In this document: positions 60,838-64,000 of the stretch, piece by piece
How positions within the stretch are numbered: position 1 is the stretch's first letter
How the letters are laid out: every line of letters begins with the position of its first letter
Virus record (IMG/VR): IMGVR_UViG_3300023198_000928
Length of the DNA stretch: 64,000 nt
Strand: one strand, 5' to 3'
Source of the DNA: an uncultured virus (IMG/VR IMGVR_UViG_3300023198_000928)
Lineage: Duplodnaviria; Heunggongvirae; Uroviricota; Caudoviricetes
Made by a program: the position numbers and the translations under genes
Notes under the pieces: generated by a model
Databases searched by the model: none
What the model saw: only the letters and a program-made list of their open reading frames with translations
Told to the model about the DNA's origin: nothing

Positions 60838-63800
60838 TTATGTAACTTCCCTTTTTGTGTATCTAGTATTTATTGACGCAATATCAGACTCGAAATTTTC
60901 TGGGTTATAACCCTCAGTCTCCATAAACTCATTTTTAATAGACTTGGCTTTTAAAGGATCCTTATCTACTTCCATTGCTTGTTTAAATCTAGTTGCATAA
61001 TCCATGTCCCAGACACTCTTCTTCTTAACAACGTCTGTATACATATCAGCTAATTTTCTATTTTGATTCGCCGTAATAAATTCTTGTGCATTACCAGCAA
61101 ATTGATTCATAATCCTACCTTGCTGTTGCTGTTGTTTCTGATGTTTAGCAGCTAGGTTTGCAACTCTCTGTTGAGCAAATTGTAAATTTCTTCTATTAAT
61201 CTCTTGAGAGTTAATATTCATTGCATTAATTGCACCAGCTTGATTAGCATTCTTAATATCTCTTGCTTGATCTCTTCTTCCTTGTTGGAATTTTGCATTC
61301 TCTGCAACTAATCGCTGTTTTTGATGAGCCGCTTGATTATGATATCGTCTTGCCAATTCTCCAGACATTGTAGGATCAGAGGATTTTTGTCTCGGGGATT
61401 GATTTATCTGTGACATATACGCAGAAAGCCCTGGCAAGTTTGTTATACTGCCTGCTTGTGCCACGGGAGCTTCAATATTTCTATATGGAGATGCTTCCTC
61501 AAATATTTTATGTTTAGTAAATAAATCTGATGGTTTAATATTTTTAAACATTCCCATCATTCGTTCAAACTTAGTAGGATCTGCTACTTTCATACCAGCA
61601 AGATCAGATCTTAATTGATCGTATTTATCTCTAATAGCTTTGGCTTCTGCCTCATTTCTAGCTTTCTTTAACTCCTCTTTCTCTAGTGCTGTAATCTCAA
61701 GAGTATCTACCTGTTTAGCAGTAGGATCTACTGGTGTAGTATCTGCGGGATTTTTATTTGGGTCTGCTACAACTGGATCTAGCTTCTCAGTCACCACTGG
61801 ATGTAATAATGTACTATAATCCCATGCTGGTACTTCAGGGTTTCTTAAAACCGTACCTGCACCATAAGGATTTTCTGCTGATTGTTGAGCTTCAGCCGCT
61901 GCTTGTCTTTCTCTATAAAGACGTGCCTCTTCTGCTTCTTGCCAATCTTTACGTTGAAAGTTACTACGGGCCTTAATCATTCTTTTTTGTCCAGCAGGAG
62001 ATGTATCTAGATTAACTCCACCTTCCTCTATAGGCTTAGTCAGATAATCTCCGAACCCTGACCAAAAATTAGACCACCAATCACCTTGCCCTTTAGCAGT
62101 TCCTGTCTGAGCTTTTATAACCCTTCCAGAATTATTATAATATAAAGGACCATTAACAAATCTTCCTCCATCACGTTTCTTTTCATTTCTAGGTTTAAGA
62201 TTTACTGTTTTAGCACGTGCTTCTTTAGTTCTCATACCTTTTAAAGATCTTCTCAATTCAGTAATAGTAAACTCTTCCATCTGCTCTTTAGTAAACTTTC
62301 TTCTCTTAAACTCAGCAATTACTTCTTTCTCAGTCATATCATAGTCATACTTACTACCACGAATTACATCTGTAGTAAGAGCTGCTTTAATCATTGCTCT
62401 ACCAGCTCTACCATTTCTAGGAGCTATAAATTCAGTAACAGATCCTGCCTTTCTAACCAAGCCTGCTGTAGCATCTTTTCCTTTTTTGGCTGATCCTTTT
62501 AATTTACCTAATCCTTTCTTTATCAAAGATTTTGATTTAGGTACTAACTTTTTACTTTTCTTAGTTTCTGTTTTAATACTAGTCTCTAATTTTTCAAGAG
62601 CTTTCTTTTGAGTTTTAGTAGCTACCCCAGCTTCATTATTAGCTGTTTTTGGTTGAGCTTTTATTTGATTTTCTAAATCTTTTTTATTCTTTTTAAATCC
62701 TGCTATCTTCTTTTCACTCTCTGATTTCTTAGCTTTTAATTTAGGAGCAGCTTTAGGAGCCTTTACAGCACCTTTACCTAATCCTTTTTTTATTACTCTT
62801 TTTCCACCTATAGCACCATGAACTTCTCTAACCTGTTTTTTCTCAGTCTTAAGAATTTTCTTTCTTTTAGCCGTAGTTTCTGCTATTCTACTTTTTCTTT
62901 TAGCAATAAGTTTAGACGCTCTTTCTCTTTTTAAAAGACCTTCATCTGTTGATTGTTTTTTAGTTATTGCTTTTTTCCTTTTAATATTATCAGCTTTAAT
63001 TTTATCCCTAGTTGTATCATAAGTATCCTCTACTTTCTTAATTTTTGCTTTAGTTTGTTTTTTTAAATTTTTAAGATCTTCCTGTTTAAAAATATTTTGC
63101 TGTTTAGGATCATATCCTTTTGGCTTACGACCAGGTTTAGGGGCATATTTTTTATTTATAGCAGCTAATCCTTTCTTATGTTCAGCTCCCACTTTTTGTC
63201 TATTGCCTTTCTTAGCAACTAAAGCAGTTTTATATTCTCCAGTCCTTTTTTTATTAGATGCGGCAATATTTTTCTTAGCATCAGTACCTATCTTTTTATA
63301 CCCGGCAGTCCCTTCAAGTTGTTTTTTATGAGCAATCAACGAAGTTTCCCTCTTTTTCACATCCTTCTTAACCACAGGAGCTTTAGTGGTAGCTTTTGTT
63401 TTCTTTAAAGTAAGGGCATCTCTTTTTCTAGTACCTCTACCTGACATAACACCAATCAATGATTGAGTAAGCATTGCAGCTGTTCTATATTCATCAAGTC
63501 CCCAATCTTCTTTACTAAAAAGTTTTTGCCATTCTGCTCTAGCTGTTGCATCTATCATACCGCCTAACATAGCAATATTTACAGCTTTTCTTATCATTTT
63601 ACCCGTACCACTAGCTTTACTGAATTTTCCAGCAAGACTTACAGGAGCTAAAGCAAATACTTCTACAGCCTCTAATCCAAGGCGTACTCCAACATTTTTT
63701 ATTATATCACCTGTAGATGCTCCAGCATGATAATCACCGGCCGCTCCAAATGCAGTAGCCATTAATCCTCCTCCAATATTTACAGCTGCTCCAGGAATTG

Positions 63801-64000
63801 CTCCAATACCGGTAGCCTTTGCTCCCATTGCAGCAAAAGAAGATAATAAATCCGTACCTAATTCAGCTAAATGATAACTATTTGCAGTAGTCCATTCAGG
63901 AATATCCTCAGGAACCATATTATCTTTTATCTCTTGTACCTGTTCATCCGTAGCTCCATCATCAATAAGTTTGGAACCTTTATCATTTCCTTCTTTTTCT
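60838..64000 (-). CDS. putative virion cargo/ejection protein (5'-truncated by the window end)
   Basis: frame stays open from the ATG at 63918 to the window edge (EKEGNDKGSKLIDDGATDEQVQEIKDN-M); Gly/Ala hydrophobic helices, Lys-rich tract, Q/N-rich coiled coil. Confidence 0.65.
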   Translation of the reverse strand, partial: EKEGNDKGSKLIDDGATDEQVQEIKDNMVPEDIPEWTTANSYHLAELGTDLLSSFAAMGAKATGIGAIPGAAVNIGGGLMATAFGAAGDYHAGASTGDIIKNVGVRLGLEAVEVFALAPVSLAGKFSKASGTGKMIRKAVNIAMLGGMIDATARAEWQKLFSKEDWGLDEYRTAAMLTQSLIGVMSGRGTRKRDALTLKKTKATTKAPVVKKDVKKRETSLIAHKKQLEGTAGYKKIGTDAKKNIAASNKKRTGEYKTALVAKKGNRQKVGAEHKKGLAAINKKYAPKPGRKPKGYDPKQQNIFKQEDLKNLKKQTKAKIKKVEDTYDTTRDKIKADNIKRKKAITKKQSTDEGLLKRERASKLIAKRKSRIAETTAKRKKILKTEKKQVREVHGAIGGKRVIKKGLGKGAVKAPKAAPKLKAKKSESEKKIAGFKKNKKDLENQIKAQPKTANNEAGVATKTQKKALEKLETSIKTETKKSKKLVPKSKSLIKKGLGKLKGSAKKGKDATAGLVRKAGSVTEFIAPRNGRAGRAMIKAALTTDVIRGSKYDYDMTEKEVIAEFKRRKFTKEQMEEFTITELRRSLKGMRTKEARAKTVNLKPRNEKKRDGGRFVNGPLYYNNSGRVIKAQTGTAKGQGDWWSNFWSGFGDYLTKPIEEGGVNLDTSPAGQKRMIKARSNFQRKDWQEAEEARLYRERQAAAEAQQSAENPYGAGTVLRNPEVPAWDYSTLLHPVVTEKLDPVVADPNKNPADTTPVDPTAKQVDTLEITALEKEELKKARNEAEAKAIRDKYDQLRSDLAGMKVADPTKFERMMGMFKNIKPSDLFTKHKIFEEASPYRNIEAPVAQAGSITNLPGLSAYMSQINQSPRQKSSDPTMSGELARRYHNQAAHQKQRLVAENAKFQQGRRDQARDIKNANQAGAINAMNINSQEINRRNLQFAQQRVANLAAKHQKQQQQQGRIMNQFAGNAQEFITANQNRKLADMYTDVVKKKSVWDMDYATRFKQAMEVDKDPLKAKSIKNEFMETEGYNPENFESDIASINTRYTKREVT

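Noticed and set aside
31869..61976. Short + strand ORFs antisense to the giant genes, and - strand ORFs within the first 31 kb
   Set aside because: Shadow frames nested opposite long genes, with Ser/Leu/Ile/Phe-rich antisense composition and no motifs.
1..64000. Stop-codon reassignment (TAG or TGA), known in some crAss-like phages
   Set aside because: Genes up to 11 kb are uninterrupted in the standard code, and TAG and TGA both end genes immediately before the next start (e.g. 5140, 6415, 2818).
1..64000. tRNA genes, CRISPR arrays, integrase, transposase or reverse transcriptase
   Set aside because: None recognised; intergenic gaps are almost all under about 100 bp and no corresponding motifs were seen. 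A tRNAscan or Infernal run would be needed to exclude small RNAs formally.

Overview
AT-rich fragment of a crAss-like (Crassvirales-type) dsDNA phage, probably infecting a Bacteroidota host, read in the standard genetic code. The + strand (1-31.3 kb) carries about 50 tightly packed genes. First comes a small-gene region with likely counter-defence and nucleotide functions: Pol-beta-type nucleotidyltransferase, tandem DUF2829/Tad2-like protein, DEDDh nuclease with an inserted membrane hairpin, HAD phosphatase, DNA ligase, MazG-like protein and rIIA/rIIB. A sigma70 factor follows, then a replication block: 5'-3' exonuclease, MoxR AAA plus vWA across a 100-N gap, SF1 helicase, family A DNA polymerase, DnaB-like protein, RecT-like protein, two SSB-like paralogs, primase and RusA-like resolvase. 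This arm converges at a terminator (about 31.4 kb) with a - strand operon of giant putative virion cargo proteins: a >1053-aa protein truncated by the window end, 751 aa, 3164 aa (SF1 helicase domain), 3682 aa (two-barrel RNA polymerase, DLDID) and 2165 aa (zincin plus PD-(D/E)XK nuclease). Most striking observation: by manual reading, the three giant proteins (9011 aa in total) contain only four cysteines. All four sit at termini that face the neighbouring protein in gene order, suggesting a head-to-tail covalently or metal-linked protein train for packaging or ejection. All family calls are by motif recognition; no searches were run.
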